A DNA stretch of 62,443 bases, filler included, from Choristocarpus tenellus KU-1152 (lineage: Eukaryota; Protista; Phaeophyceae), in the NCBI GenBank assembly GCA_964200185.2. It is 11 parts of 11 records of this genome, joined end to end, with 100 filler letters (N's around TTAATTAATTAA, not from the genome) between each part and the next. Parts side by side here need not be neighbours in the genome. Positions count along the whole stretch, not along the records: positions 23,007 to 26,089 come from CAXNAD020022444.1; positions 26,190 to 32,442 come from CAXNAD020008565.1; positions 32,543 to 36,978 come from CAXNAD020014564.1; 8 more parts are not named here. One strand, written 5' to 3'. A program made the translations under genes and the position numbers. Below, piece by piece: positions 23,090-37,078 of this stretch. The notes under the pieces are model-generated. The model worked only from the letters and a program-made list of their open reading frames with translations, searched no databases and was not told the origin of the DNA. How positions within the stretch are numbered: the first letter of the stretch is position 1; each line of letters begins with the position of its first letter.

Positions 23090-25915
23090 TTGTTGACCTT
23101 TCGAGCCGTCAATACTTCTCACAGAAATAAGCACCTTGCCCACTATCAATACAGGCTCACTTCTTCAAGTATTGCACAACAGAGCACCCTGCTACTGTAT
23201 CCACTTGATACAAGAAACAAATATTTTATAAACATTCCACCTGAAGAAAGCATATCGAAAGAAGTAATCTGCATCAGCCCCCCTCCCTGAAACCCTTCGT
23301 CCCATGAAAGTGAGCAAGCAACATTTGCTTGTTTCCCCTAGTCATTCAACATACAACAGGTCAATTTATGGTTCTTGCTTTTGATTCAATTATTCACTCT
23401 AAGCATCCCAACGCAGGCAGCATGACAGTAACACCCATCTTCATCAGAAAGATAGGGCAGTTCCCGCTGTCATCCTGCACGATATACCAAATTCGATATA
23501 CAAAGCCATTAAAGCATCACTTCTTTGCACTTCCACTCCCTCTGCTCTGCTGAGGCTATTGATTATTCTCCCTCGACAGGCCCTTTCATCTTTCATGCCC
23601 ATCCTTCTTCCTTACTCTCCTCCAATATGGACCTCCAATGGCAGAGTTTGTTGACTCTGGAAACATATTTGAACATCTTGTAGTTCTGGACCTGGAATAT
23701 GAGGTATGGGCGAAAGTACCTTAAAGGGTATGAGCTATGCCCTGTTTGTCCATTTGGGACTTGGCTTCTCATGGACTTTTTTTACGGCATTTTCTTACTC
23801 TGAAATATTTCGGAAGTAGGTAAAATAAATACGGTATGAAAAGGTGTTTCCAGAACATGGATATTGACACTTCCTAACAAACATGATGGCCAAAATTACA
23901 TCAAAATCGCAACATTGGATTTTGGCCTCCAAATGGACGCGGCTCTACCCTCTAAGATAATTTGGCTCGTATCTTACACTGACTGTGATAGTCCGTGAAC
24001 AAGGGATCCATCCCAATCCACAACTTGGGGCCAAGCGCCTCATGCAACACAATGTTAGTCAGCAAGCTTCTGGATCTTATCCTCACCATGTGCCAAAAGC
24101 ACCTTTTCGTTTCTTTGGTGCGGAAGATTCTGTGCCTCTATAATGCTAGGTGCTTCCAGAATGGCAACCTCAGGGAAACACCTCATCTCTAGCAATACTG
24201 TATATGTCACGTTCTTTTTGGCTGGCTACAATCACATCTGCACTTTAAGTTTTGAAGTGACAAAGATGATATTGAAGCATTGTTGAAGACAAATGTGGTC
24301 CCTTGAAGGCTGCCTGTCAAATGCTTAGTGAACATATTTCTTGCCCTCATCACCCAGAGTATCCAGGAGGAAGCGAAAATGGTGCACCTGCAACAGACTA
24401 TTATTATTGTAGAACGGTGAGTAAGGTCGCTTGCAAATTTGTTGATGATTTTCTTGCTCTGCTTTATTTATTTTTAAAACTGAACGCTTACTTTTTGGTG
24501 TAAATAATTCATATGCTATTTACTTGAACCACACAAAGGCATAAATGAGATATTTGTCCATCAGGCAATTACATGTGCATGAGCTCTCGTTCACTTGGTG
24601 CAATGCTTAAGGCATGGTCTATACTATAGACGCCACACGACAGACTTCCGACAACAAACGAGGGGTCACTTGAAACCGCCCTGTAACAGTGCATGCATCA
24701 AAACATAGGTTAGATCATGGGGTTCGATTATAATACTCTGTGCATGTTGCAAAAATGTTGCATCCACATTATCCATCGAAATCAGATAACAATATATCAA
24801 GCATATTCATAGCGGTCGTGCAAACTTTTGACACCGGATTTCAAGAGAGCACAATCTAATATAATATTTGATGTATGGATTGTGTGCTACATCTTGTTCA
24901 ATGACTCAAGAAAAAAGTCAAGTGTGGAATTTCGGTAGGAGGCTATTGTGAACACTTTACTGATAAACAATGGGTAAGAGACTCCAGTTGAATTAATATT
25001 TTCAATATATCTAACGTTGTCAGTATTACAAAATCATGTTTACTTGGGAAATATTTCAGTGTTCATGCATCTAACCAAGAAAATTTGACCCTTGAAAATC
25101 CTTTCAAGTGTATCTATCGACTGAAAATGTGTCTTTAGTGTACTCTATAGTAAAGTACCTCAATTAATAATACAAACATGAAAATGGTAAGATGATGCAA
25201 TAATGCACTCAGCTGTGGGCCGTGTAGTACTGTTGAAGCAGATACAACATCATTATCTTGGTGCACAAGGAAGGGTATCCACCTCAGAGGTGTCTGAGGC
25301 GAGAAATTATTTTCCCTTTTTTCTGATTACCACCTACTTCAGAAACCTGACCTGGTTCATCCACGCCTTGGATACACCTAAGATGCGCATGCCCTCCAGA
25401 GCACTAAGCAAATTCAAAGACATAGACTAGTTGTTGTCCATGTAGATTACCGTCAGGCCTTGAGATTGTTCCCCAGATCAGTGATGTAGAGAAGGTCACA
25501 GCCCCCCTACAGCTCTGATCTCCAAGCAGGGGATGCTCCATTATATAGAAGTAGGCATTTGTAGCACTCCACCTTCATACAGGTTCGATTGCCCAGTTCA
25601 GTTTGCCATACTCAATGAGTCCTTTCCTGTCCATCTTTCTGCCACAGAGCCCAGAGAATAAATGAATCTCCATGGCGCATTGATATTATTCCTTCTCTTG
25701 AATATTGTTCTCCAGCCCCAACTTGCACCTAGACCTTTTTTAAATGTCATCATCACATTTTGATGACACATTGACCTCAGGTGGCCTTTCTTGCCACTTT
25801 TGAAACACTCTGTTGAATGTGCGACCGCAATTGCTGCACACCTTGGGATCCACACCTACCCCACTAGGTGCATGATACCATCAAGCCGGTATTGCGGTTG
25901 CCTTTGATAGCCAAG
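23090..25915 (-). mobile_element. Highly decayed Ty1/Copia-like gag-pol remnant
   Basis: Zinc-knuckle-like CFKSGKKGHLRSMC (~25770-25810), LNLLS, VLHEALG and integrase-like YIVQDDSG..PIFLMK (~23440-23500), in Copia domain order; heavily broken. Confidence 0.4.
23708..23968 (+). mobile_element. MITE family A, full length
   Basis: GGGCGAAAGTACCTTAAAGGGTA ... TACCCTCTAAGATAATTTGGCTC; exact TSD GTAT. Confidence 0.9.
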
Positions 25916-25917
25916 TG

Positions 25918-26089
25918 GGATCAAAGTATCTTGGGGGGGAGGTGTCGGCGTCCGTTTTTCACCCTTTTTTCGATTTTCACGTGTGATTTGGTCGCACGGG
26001 TCGGATTTGAAATTTCAGCAAAAAAAAGGGTTGTTTGGCCGAAACGGACGCCCCCTCATCAACCAAGGCCACCCGCCCCAGGCTGCATT
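25918..26089 (+). mobile_element. MITE family C, nearly complete, runs into gap
   Basis: GGATCAAAGTATCTTGGGGGGG, GTCCGTTT and AAACGGAC subterminal motifs; core TGATTTGGTCGCACGGGTCGGAT resembles the family B core. Confidence 0.8.
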
Positions 26090-26612
26090 NNNNNNNNNNN
26101 NNNNNNNNNNNNNNNNNNNNNNNNNNNNNNNNNTTAATTAATTAANNNNNNNNNNNNNNNNNNNNNNNNNNNNNNNNNNNNNNNNNNNNGGGGGGGGGGG
26201 GGGGGGGGGGGGGTGGGGTATCTGTCTGCCTGCCTGCCTCTATGTATGTACGTATGTATTATGTATATGTATGTATATGTGTGTATGTGTCTGTCTGTGT
26301 CTGCTCAATTACTAAACAATGCTGCTTGCATTACACAAAGGGTGAGGGTGACTAGGGCAATAAAATGCTGAATAATGCATGAAGGAAGGACCAGGCTTGA
26401 CTTGATGAGCTGGCAAGTACATCTCAACAGAAAAAAAACATCAATAGGGACAGAAGAAAAATACGGGCATTAACTTGAAGGATTGTATCAAAAACAAAAC
26501 TAAGGTGAGGAAGAACGGTTAGCAGCTTTCACACTAAAATCTCTACAAAGAACACATGAATGGAGATAAAGAAAGTGTCACAAATATTGTGATAGGACAA
26601 GGAGTAGCTCAC

Positions 26613-28279
26613 CTGCCTCCACAGCTCCCTGATGGTCCCCTTGGTCTGCCCTTGCATTAGCAAGGTTTCCCCACAACATAGCCTCAAGGCGAACCCTTCC
26701 CTGTTGCAAATTTGCATTCATTTCTACCCCTGACCTTCCCGACACTCCGGCTCTAGTCCTGGTCTCAGTCCTAACATGTGAGATCGCCATCATTAGGACC
26801 TCAACCGCCTTCCCTGCCATCCCAGCATCCATCAGAGCAACCGACAGATCATTAAGAATTCCTACACGATCCACAGGTCCTCCCAATTCTTCCTTGTCCT
26901 CACTCTTGCCCTTGCTATCACTTTTACACTCAGCTGTACTAACACCACTCCCATTATGTGTGATCTCAGTGTCGTGATGTAAGAGAGGATCAGTACTGTG
27001 CCCGGCCTGTCCAGACTTCTTTGGTCCCTCGGATTGGCAAACTGCAGATACCACCCTATGTGGAGCAAGCGAGTCGTCACGAGAGTGAGGATGGTGATAC
27101 TCATACCTCCTCCTTACCGCACCAGTTGGTGGGGGATCATCTTTGATCGTTGATTGTGGCACCACATCATTTGCCATTGCCTTCAACTCCTCGTTATTGA
27201 TTGCCTCCACTGTGAAGGACTGTCCTGGAATACCCAACTCTAAGGGGTCATGACTGAGGGCTTGATGATATAACCCGATTGCTTTGATCAGGGCTGATGT
27301 GTCTGGCGATTTGGATAAAGAGCCGTAGTGTAGCAAGGAGGCCATGTTGTAGCATGCGTGCCTGGGGGCGGAGGGGTACAGCAGCAGAAGTGAAGCCATG
27401 CCAGGGTATTTGATGGTAGTAAGGTTGGTGTCCTAAGTAATAGAAACATGATGAAAAGATAAATCTTCGACAGATCTTGGAGCACCCAATGGTATGGATA
27501 GTCAGAGTGAAGCTCTTAGATGCTGCGTCCAATTTAGATTTGATTGGCAGGGTACGGACCACTCATCGTACAACTTTAGAGTCGCATATCTCAGTTAGTA
27601 GCATTGGGTGCGAATGATAAGATACAACGTATGTCACCTATTTGTAGGCCACTCCTCCAGCGCCCGCTCGTAGCTCTCTAACGCCAGCGCCTCATCCCCG
27701 ATATCTCGCAGTGCAATGCCTCGTCGATTAAGGACAAAAGAGGCAGTAGGGGCAGTGAGTCCGAGGGCAAGTAGCCTGTCGAAAAGATCGACTGCCCCCG
27801 TGTTGTTCTGAGGTCGATTCGCGTCGGCATTGGGTAGACGTTGAGTTGGTTTTCGAGTGGATTTCTCTGGGTATGAAAGAAAGATTACAATGATCAATAA
27901 TTGTCCACAATCGACAGTTCAACCTCGAGGATAAAAATTAATAGCTGATCTCAGCGAATAATTGTCGGAAGACCGTAACAAGTTGAGGACACGCTAACCG
28001 GGTCCTCTCCTAGGAAGGGGTGACTTGATGCCGTGGATATGTGAGACTGAAAATCCAGGATTCACCTTCATCTCTTGACGAACGCTGGCCAGAAGGAACA
28101 AAACCTCTCCCTCCTCTGAAGTCTCCTTCGAGAGGAGTTCTTCATACACTTTAGCGGCCTCCACTAAACGTCCCTGCGACTCAAGCTCCCTTCCAAGGAT
28201 CATCGCACCTTCCATGTCCACGTTACTTTTATCGATATCTACTCCCAACTCAGTGGCTTCTGCGATAGCTAGACCGATC
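26613..28279 (-). CDS. TPR-repeat protein, internal exons ~28066-28279, ~27638-27864, 26613-27361 (start and end not resolved)
   Basis: TPR-like helices LGRELESQGRLVEAAKVYEELL, LNRRGIALRDIGDEALALESYERALEEWPTNR|HACYNMASLL, ILNDLSVALMDAG, LWGNLANARADQGD; GT/AG sites give in-frame joins. Confidence 0.8.
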
Positions 28280-30399
28280 CTAGTGATATGAAGCCAACTT
28301 GGGACATAGAAGATCCCAAATATCGAACCTTCTTGCTGAGCACATGTGTTCCATATATTTTCTTGCGGTAGAGCCGTTCTGCATCCAAGATAAAAGTGTG
28401 CTTTTCTCGTATCGGCACGAAGACATCCTCGCCACCCTTTTGTGAGAAACGACGTACAAACCAGGACTAAAAGGGGATAGGAACTAGGTATCTTACAAGA
28501 TCTTAACATAATGGTAACGTTGCAAGAGGAACTCAAAGATCACAATTTTCCCCGCTTGATATCTCTTCCCCATCCATGTTATGTAGACACCTACACGTAT
28601 ACATAGAGAAGATACACATGCTGAGAGTTCTTTTAATGTATAGTACAGTATTATTATTATTATTATGCCCGCTGACATTTTGCAGATGTGTCAGGGGGGA
28701 AACCAATGTATGTCAGGGGGCTATCATTATTTTTTGTTGGTTAAAGGGAATGTAAAATACTAGTAAGAGTAGTAGATAAAGTACAATAGTATACTGACTA
28801 GTCACACAACCAGTTCTGTAACAACACTCCCTACACACATTATTTGTTGCTATTATTTACTTCGAAGTATCATACATTAGTCCGAGAGATCCCCCGCACT
28901 ACTTGTAGTAAAAAGAGTAGTCCAAAATGGAACAGACTACTTTCTATGGAGAGTGACCTAGATAGGATAACCTCCTTTATTTGGTTGGTGAAGACAGTTT
29001 TTTTAATACATGCGTTGGTGGTGAGTGTACTAAAATTGGTATATTTACCCAATAATATCAAAAAATATATATGGAGTACTTCCTAACCACAGATCTTACT
29101 GGAATTCATGTAATTAAAAGTCATAATTCAAATTCAAGATCCTGCCTGTTTAAATCTCCTTTCTTATATCCCTACTAAATGATCTGATTGTTCTGATTTT
29201 TCTGATGTGTAGCCATGGATTTAGTGGGTTTTTTTCATGGAAATATGATATCTTTCAAATGCAAAGTCCATCTGGCAAACACTCCTAATTGTGCACCTCT
29301 TACGTATTATTAATGTCCCTACAACACAAAAACGCCAGGTCAAGAACAAGATGGCTAGACTTCTTCAATTGGGGGGTGATGCTGAGGAGGTTTCATAGTA
29401 CAAGATTCAAGGAAGGAGAGGGAAACGAATGGGGTGATGGCCGAACCGAGGGCATGAGAAGCAAGGCAGGAATGAAGAAAGTACAATTAGTCGTAGCACA
29501 GGAGTTAGTTACACAACTTAGCATGAGAAGTAGTAGTGCGCATGGAGTGTGTTGTAGTGTTTTATATCTTAACCATGGGTCAGGATAGTCCTCAGTCCTT
29601 CAAAAAGTGAAGATAATAGTTGCAAATGATACCTTTTTGGGGAGGGTCTGAGGGAGACCTGACTGGTAACCTTTAATCTTTTTCCACATACCTGTCGATT
29701 TTTTTTTATCCCTTTTTTTAATCTTCCATGCTTTTGTTGTTGTCCATTTTTGTGGATTTAATTTTATATATACGGAGTATTTGGTTACTTTTGTTCACAT
29801 GTCGGATAAACCATGATTTAACTCATTTGTACGTCACAAATCAGAAGAGAAAATATGTACAAATATATTGTAGGCGTTGAAGGAGTGGTGAAGATGTACT
29901 ACTCATTTCTACCCAGGAATTTTTTGTCACAAATAATGTACTGAGTACAAATCAATGTTGAAGGTTGATGTACAAATCCTGACTTGTCGGTATAACCTTG
30001 TTGATTACGATGTAAACATGAAATGTAGATATCACTCACCATTTTATTTCTATGTGTAGAGGATTTGTCCCTATGTGTCGAGAGAAGATAACTGTGTAAT
30101 GGTGACCTGTCCCTACCTCATCTCTCTCTATATATACAAATCTTACGATATGATTTGAGTCAAACAAAACGATAGAAAGTCAAACTTGCATTTTAGGGAT
30201 CCCGAGTAAAGGGGAAAATATGCCGTTTTGTATAATTAACATTATCCCAGCCAATTTTGGGTCAAGCCCATCCTCAATGAAAAGCTCCATCCTCAATTTT
30301 TGAAATCGGCTGTTTAAGGAAGATTGCTTAGATGCAAAAGGGTACAAACCTTCCCACCTGTCATCAATTGGTTTTGCTCACTGTTGATGCTATTATTGA

Positions 30400-30900
30400 T
30401 GGTTTAGAAAAAGTGGAAGAGCACTACATCATTTATTTCTAGTAGGGCCCTCAACAGCGCTCATTAACAATACAAAATTAGAGAGCAGTAGGCGTAAAAA
30501 CCAGGGGTGGACCGTAATTAACTTTCTAGGAACTCTTGAAACGCTGTCAGAATTACCATTTTATCAAGTCTGAGTGGTAGGAACTGTCGTTAACAAGGAT
30601 TTAGAGGTGATAGGTGCTATGGCAATTATCTGGTACACTCGATTCAATAAAGGTTAATATATTTGAGAGGGATGAAGTCATACTGATTTATGAACTTGGT
30701 GTCCATAAGTCGTAGCAACTTGTGTGTGGCCTATTCGATTGCCGTATCAACTACTGTATGGAAGGCCTTTCCTTTTTGAGCCATGCTACGGTTGCGCTTG
30801 ACGGATTTCTGGCATTGACATGTCCAAGAGGAGCTACTCTTCACGAGGAACTCAATAGCGACCACCTGCCACTCTAATTTGTGTCCCGCAGAGTGAGGAT
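30400..30900 (+). mobile_element. Possible LINE apurinic-endonuclease remnant
   Basis: VALDGFL followed by ELNSDHLPL (SDHxP motif); otherwise decayed. Confidence 0.3.
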
Positions 30901-32542
30901 ATTATATTGATCAAGTGTATACATTGTCACAGTTGGTGTATTATTCGACGAGAGTCAGCCATTATCATTATTATTATTATTCTGAATTGTGTTAATACTG
31001 CTACGGATAGTAACAATACCCAACCCGTGTCCAAAACGTTTCGAACTGGGAAAAGGGTACCACAAACACCTGGCTGTTCATATATCGTGACTTTGCAAGA
31101 AACATGACATACAATATGTGTGTGTGTGTGTGTGTGTGCAATGCAAAGGGCAACAATAGTAGCGAGTTGCATGGAAACCTACTAACACCATCTCCACGTG
31201 TACTCAAGATTCTTTACTTCTTCAGCATTTAAAGTGTTCAGAAGATTTAGTAGCATCACAAGTCATCCACCTGTGTCTGTCCTCTTCTTACCAATAATTG
31301 GATTGGAAGCAGCACTCTCATGAGTACAAGCTCTTCTTGTCTGATGACGAGGAACTCCTACTCTTCCTCTCCCTCACTTTTATCCATTTCTTAACCCAGG
31401 TTACATATTCAATCAAGAATATATTGGGAAAACTCAAGCAGAAAAGAAAAAATAACAGTTTCTGCTCGAGAGATTGGAATGAAAGTTAGGGAAGGGTTCT
31501 CAACACAATGGCATATATCTACCCTATATAGAAGCAACTGCAGTAATTGATGCTTCTTCCGTGAGATATTGAAAAAAATAGAAAATTTATATTTTAGAGA
31601 CACTTCCTTACTTGAGGGTAGATTTACTCAAAGAAATCGCCCTGTACAGTCACCTGAAGCCTAACACAACTACAAAAAAGAACATAACCCAGGTAGGGAG
31701 AATTGTGCAAGCAAATATATAACCCCACAACGGGCTCCAGATGTCCATCCACTAAAAATATATCCAGCTCAGGCAGGACCCCTTTTCTCCATTTTAAAGG
31801 AAGAGAGCACAAAGGGTAGCGTCTCCTGGTGTCTATTGCACTGGATACAGCCATTCAACACAACAAATCATAACAAAGCACCTTGAACAGTGGCATACCC
31901 TGTCTCACGCCTAACAATCAAAAGCAAAAAGAATAATATATAATACGGTACAGTCTTCAGTAGGGGAGGGGGGTGGAAGGGCTCGTGTGGGGAGGGTATG
32001 GGAATGACTTGACAGGCCAGGAAAGAAAAAGACATAGCAAATCAGGAAAGGGGAAGAAGATTACAGGGAAGTTTGCTGGGAAGGGCAAACAAAGCTGCAG
32101 GAGACACCATCATTATGCGGGGGGGCGCACTTCCTACCATGTGAAGGTGGCAAGACACAATGGGGTCGACCTACCATCATGAAAGCCACTTCAACAATCA
32201 GCCAAAAAGCAGTCCCAGTTCCTTGTTGCAGAAAACAACAGGTAGAGGCGTGCTTTAGAGCACTCTTACTTACTCCCCACTCCATCAAATAAAAGACTTT
32301 CTCAATCAAATCCAGTCTGACACGGCTGTACAGGTGAGTGATACTACAAAAAAAAACTCCCAAACAGACTATTAATAACGTTGAATTGTGGAGGGGATGG
32401 GGAACTGATTTGAGTGGGGGGAGAGAGGGAAGCAAGGGAGGGNNNNNNNNNNNNNNNNNNNNNNNNNNNNNNNNNNNNNNNNNNNNTTAATTAATTAANN
32501 NNNNNNNNNNNNNNNNNNNNNNNNNNNNNNNNNNNNNNNNNN

Positions 32543-32564
32543 CCCCCCCCAGATACTTTGACCC
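32543..32564. mobile_element. MITE (B or C) terminus at gap edge
   Basis: CCCCCCCCAGATACTTTGACCC. Confidence 0.7.
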
Positions 32565-33790
32565 CGAGGTCTTCATGGAGACATGTCAACCAGTTCTTCT
32601 CCTGCCCACCTTGCTTCCGTTTTCTAGTTGCAATCTCGCCAAACATAAATATATTGGGAAGTCGCTCATCCCCCATGTGACCAACTGACCCAGAAAATAG
32701 GAGCCTCAGCTTGCACGCCAATTTCCTCGATACTCTCACACAAAGTCTTCATAAGACCATCTTTCTTTGTAGTAGGGGATATGATTGGTGCGTTCCTGTG
32801 TTCGGAAACCTATGAACCACAGGAAGAATTTGTGTTTATGTTACAGGCACGCTCCAGAAGCTTGCCTCCACAGGATGTGTAGCTCCAATCCACAGGCCTA
32901 TAAATGATGCTGATGCTCGTTTAGAGCTAGCTTCCAGGAGGATACTCCGACAGCCAAAAGGGTCCAATCCGCAGATTAACGAACGTCAGCTCAGTAGAAC
33001 AGGGGTACTCTCAATGAATCGATCAGCATAAGAAGTGTTTATTGGTATCAGATATAGAGAGTGCTTTAGGTGGGTCTCTTTAGACCCGAACTGAACCATT
33101 TGGAGCCGTTTTTAGGACCTCTTATCATCCTTTATCGTTGGGGCTTCTTTGGTTTACAGACATTGGAATATATCTGAGAACTCTTGCGCCTTTCCATCTG
33201 GGAACCCTTGCGACTTTCCCGAGNNNNNNNNNNGTTCCCCACGCGTGTACACTGCTCGCCCCGGTTAAAGCGCTGGAAGAAATACTCGCGCTACTCGCCT
33301 GTAACAGTTATGAGTGTGGGGCTTGAGATAATGAAATTGCCAAGTATACAGGTCATATAACCAAATAACGGAACTTCAAGAACTTCAGCTTTGAGTATTC
33401 GAATATTTCAAGCTCAAGTGAGACAACATTGACGTCCTGTAATACAGGACGTGACTATATTATCGAAAACAACGCTCCAAGCATTCTTGATTGTCCAACG
33501 AATGTCATCAGTAATACAGCTCTCATCCCTGATTGTTGCTCCCCTAATGTAAACAAACTCATCAGTCTGCTTCTAGGCCTGGTGGCCTAGTGCCTGAATC
33601 TGCATGGTTGAGTGAGAGGACGAAGACACATAGTCTGTGTCTGTAATGTTGATCGGACCAAATGATCTTTCACAAGCATTGCCACCATCCTGGACAAACC
33701 TCTTTCTCGGAGACAAACCCTCCATGCCGTCAGAGAGCATACATACCCCACAAAAACCCTCAAGTGTTGTCCCACTCCTTTCTCCTTGCC
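32565..33790 (-). mobile_element. RTE-clade LINE 3' RT fragments
   Basis: KQTDEFVYI.GATI...IKNAW, RILKAEVLEV.LFG; KLRLLFSGSVGHMGDERLPNIFMFGEI..RKQGGQEKNWLTCLHEDL. Confidence 0.75.
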
Positions 33791-36700
33791 TCCTCTAACT
33801 CTGCATCGCTACGAAGACTGAAAATATGGAAATATGTTTCTGTTTTTCTTTTTATGCCAAACTGTAGAAAGATCCCAATCCCAAATCTTAAAGCACAATC
33901 ATAAATCCGCGCGCAAACTCATTGCCTATTTCTTCATAAGTTCCTATGTTACTCACTCCATTAAGTCCTGTTGGAGACTGGACAGTTGGCAATATCACCA
34001 AGCTCTTAACCGATTGTGCTCTGTGCTCGGTAGTTGATCTTTGGGCGATTTTGAAAGCGACTATTTATCGTCGTGGTGGACGTCGTGATGGGTGGGAAGT
34101 AAACTGAAGAAGTGAGTCTCCACTTAAACGGCAAGGGAGGTGAACGGTGGTTTTGAAGGTCACGGCACACCTAGAAGGGAGAGGAAGAAAGCGGATTGGG
34201 GAGATAAGGTGATTTTAGGTTTGTTTTGGGGATGGAGCAGGTCTTCTTCCGCCTGCATGCCCGGTTCGTCACAACTGTGACAAGGCTTCTCCCTCCTCGG
34301 GTGAGAGGATCAATCGCCGTATATCGTACCATGACCCCGACTCTGCACATTGTCGCGGGAAGTTGGCCATTGGTAATGCATTTATTCTCGATGCTCAACT
34401 GTGTCCAAACTTTTGCATCCCCATTGAGTACATCCTGCGGAGGTGCAAATCACTGAAGCGTTGTCGAACCGATGAACCCTATGCTTTGAACACGAGTTAA
34501 CTCGCAAGGACCGTGGGAAATAAGGGAGTGATCTTTGAGACAGTAGACTACATATTAACTAGTGTGCTAATTGAAGGTCCTGAGGCTCGAGTGAAGGTGT
34601 ACTAGTGAGAAAGTCCCTCCTGTTATCATCATGTTGCAAGCGTCGGGGATTGCTCGGGAGGATTCCCGCGCCTTCCAATAAATACCAAGTTGATTATCAT
34701 TGAAATCCGTGGCTCAAGCTGCAGCTTAAAAGTCCTAGTTTTTTTGCGGCCTTTTACTTGCTTTCCGAACTAATGGGTAAGTATCAGTACAAGCAATGAA
34801 TTGTTACAAACGTGGTGAATTGCGGTCCTTGCAGAGAGACCCAATAAGAAAGATGTTATCCTTGGGCAATACTTGAGCTCGATAGTTACTTGCTGTAAAT
34901 CCAGAAGTTAGCACCTACCATTAGATATATTTGATGGATTTACCGAATTGCCGGCCCACCGCAAAAGGATGCTTTCCATCCGCTGCTTCCTGGGAGCATG
35001 TAGAGGACTTTACAAGAGAATCCGGTAGCCTACCACAACGTCGTGGAGACCAGAGCAGTTTGAAGTTGGAGCATTAGGCGGGGGCCACATGCAGTTGCAT
35101 CACCCACTGTGGACAAAGATACGTGGGGCACATTAATGAGCCTATGTTAGGTTTTGCAGACCGACACCTGGCAATTCGTTGATAAGATGAAGTTGATAAG
35201 GTCTATGTTAGGTTATTATGCGTATGGATGATATCGAGTGCACTTGAGGGAGCATGAAAAAAGGTTGGTGAGTAGCAGACCTGCGAGGTAGATTGATCAA
35301 GCTCTACGATGTCACAGCCATATTTGTTTGGCAAAAAAATTGATGCTGAAAGGGATATATGCTTCCATATATGAGCCATCCTGGCAAGGATTAGAATTGA
35401 GCAGAGAACCCTTCCTTGTAGTGCCCCTCCTCTGCAGCACTGTTGGTGTGGGGTGTCAAATTGGCCAAGGCAATGACAACTGCTCCGCGCCTTTGGAGAG
35501 CAACATGGGAAATCCATTCATCATAACAACCACCAACCCACTCTTTTATCTGTCACCCATCAAAACATTAGAAAACAATGTACCAATACAGAGATGCCTG
35601 CACTTGAATCAATGATACGCCCACCTGGTGCATATTATGATATACTCCATAGCACAATTGCAAACCAATGCCACCCCACCCACCCCTGTCTCTTTTCCAC
35701 GATCTATGTGCTGTTGCTCACGTTTCCATGGCAAATAAACAACTAAACAGGCCAGGAAGTGCCTGGAGTACATCATCCTTGCCAATGCCTTCTGCCTGCT
35801 GCTGGTCCTCATATTGCTGCACAGACGCTTTGTTAATCCCAAGGGGCAACAGGAGGGGGTGGTCACATGCTTGCCGGTAGCGCTGGACAGGGCTGGTCTA
35901 GACCCTGCACAACTTCATATTCTCCAGGTGAGTCTACATGGAAATTCAAGCTGGGAGCATGATACGAGGTTCTTGGGCTTGTCTGTTTTGGCTGTTGTGG
36001 TGACTCAAGGGTCATGTGTGACAAAGAAACTAGGTCTCTAGTTGGGGTGAAACAGTAACAATGGAATCTGTTGGGAGCTACATCGGGATTCAACTTCTAT
36101 GACAGAAATGTCTGGTATATGGTGCATTTCTCGTAGTTGTGTTTGTGTGATGCATTAACTCACTGTCAGTGGTCCATGTTTTCCAATCGGTGTCTTGAAA
36201 GGGGACCTTGAAAGGGGACCTAGAGATCATGGGGTGCGGATTTGAGTGGTTGGCGCTTCTTACCCTATGGTACACTATTATGCTGTTGGGATGTATCATG
36301 TCACATCAAGCAACAGTCATTTTTTGATGTCAGAACATAACGGACATTGAGATGTATGGGTCAATCCCTTGGTTGCCACATAAATCTGTGGCAAGATAAT
36401 GGTCCATGTTCCATGCCTTCCCCCCTCCTCCAACTCATGTACATTATCAGGATGTGATCGTGTGGAGTGATGATGTGAACTGCAGTACTGGACTCACCTG
36501 GAGTACACAAGTGGACCACACACTATTGGGGGTCACCTTGCTCTTGCATGCATCCCCTCTGATCTCCTCCCCCCTATGCCTCTGCCCACTGCCCCCTGCT
36601 CCTCTGTACAAGATACACCTTCATACGCCCCCAGAAAAGGTTCAACAGAGCAGGCGGAGGAGAGACCAACAGCCCGTTGGTAGGACTGTACTGTCACAAA

Positions 36701-37078
36701 ATGGACCAAAAACACAGACTGGCAAGGCTCAGGACTGGGATTGTGTTCTTGGCGAGGGGAAGCAGGAAGTGGACCAAGAGGGGAACCAGCCTTCCCCTCC
36801 TGTAGTGTACTACAGCATAGACCAGGGTACAGGGAAAAATGCTGTGGGTATGCTGTCAGGTCCAGGAACCCTAGAGATTGACCGGTCAGGGGTGGGGATG
36901 GGAGGACAGGTTGGGGGGGGAAGGCGGCGATGGCAAGCGGGGGGGGCAGGAGGAGGGCACGAGGAAGGTATGAAGGAGNNNNNNNNNNNNNNNNNNNNNN
37001 NNNNNNNNNNNNNNNNNNNNNNTTAATTAATTAANNNNNNNNNNNNNNNNNNNNNNNNNNNNNNNNNNNNNNNNNNNN

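Noticed and set aside
26190-26305. Poly-G plus TATG/TCTG microsatellite; also (TG)n at ~31118-31138
   Set aside because: Ordinary simple repeats
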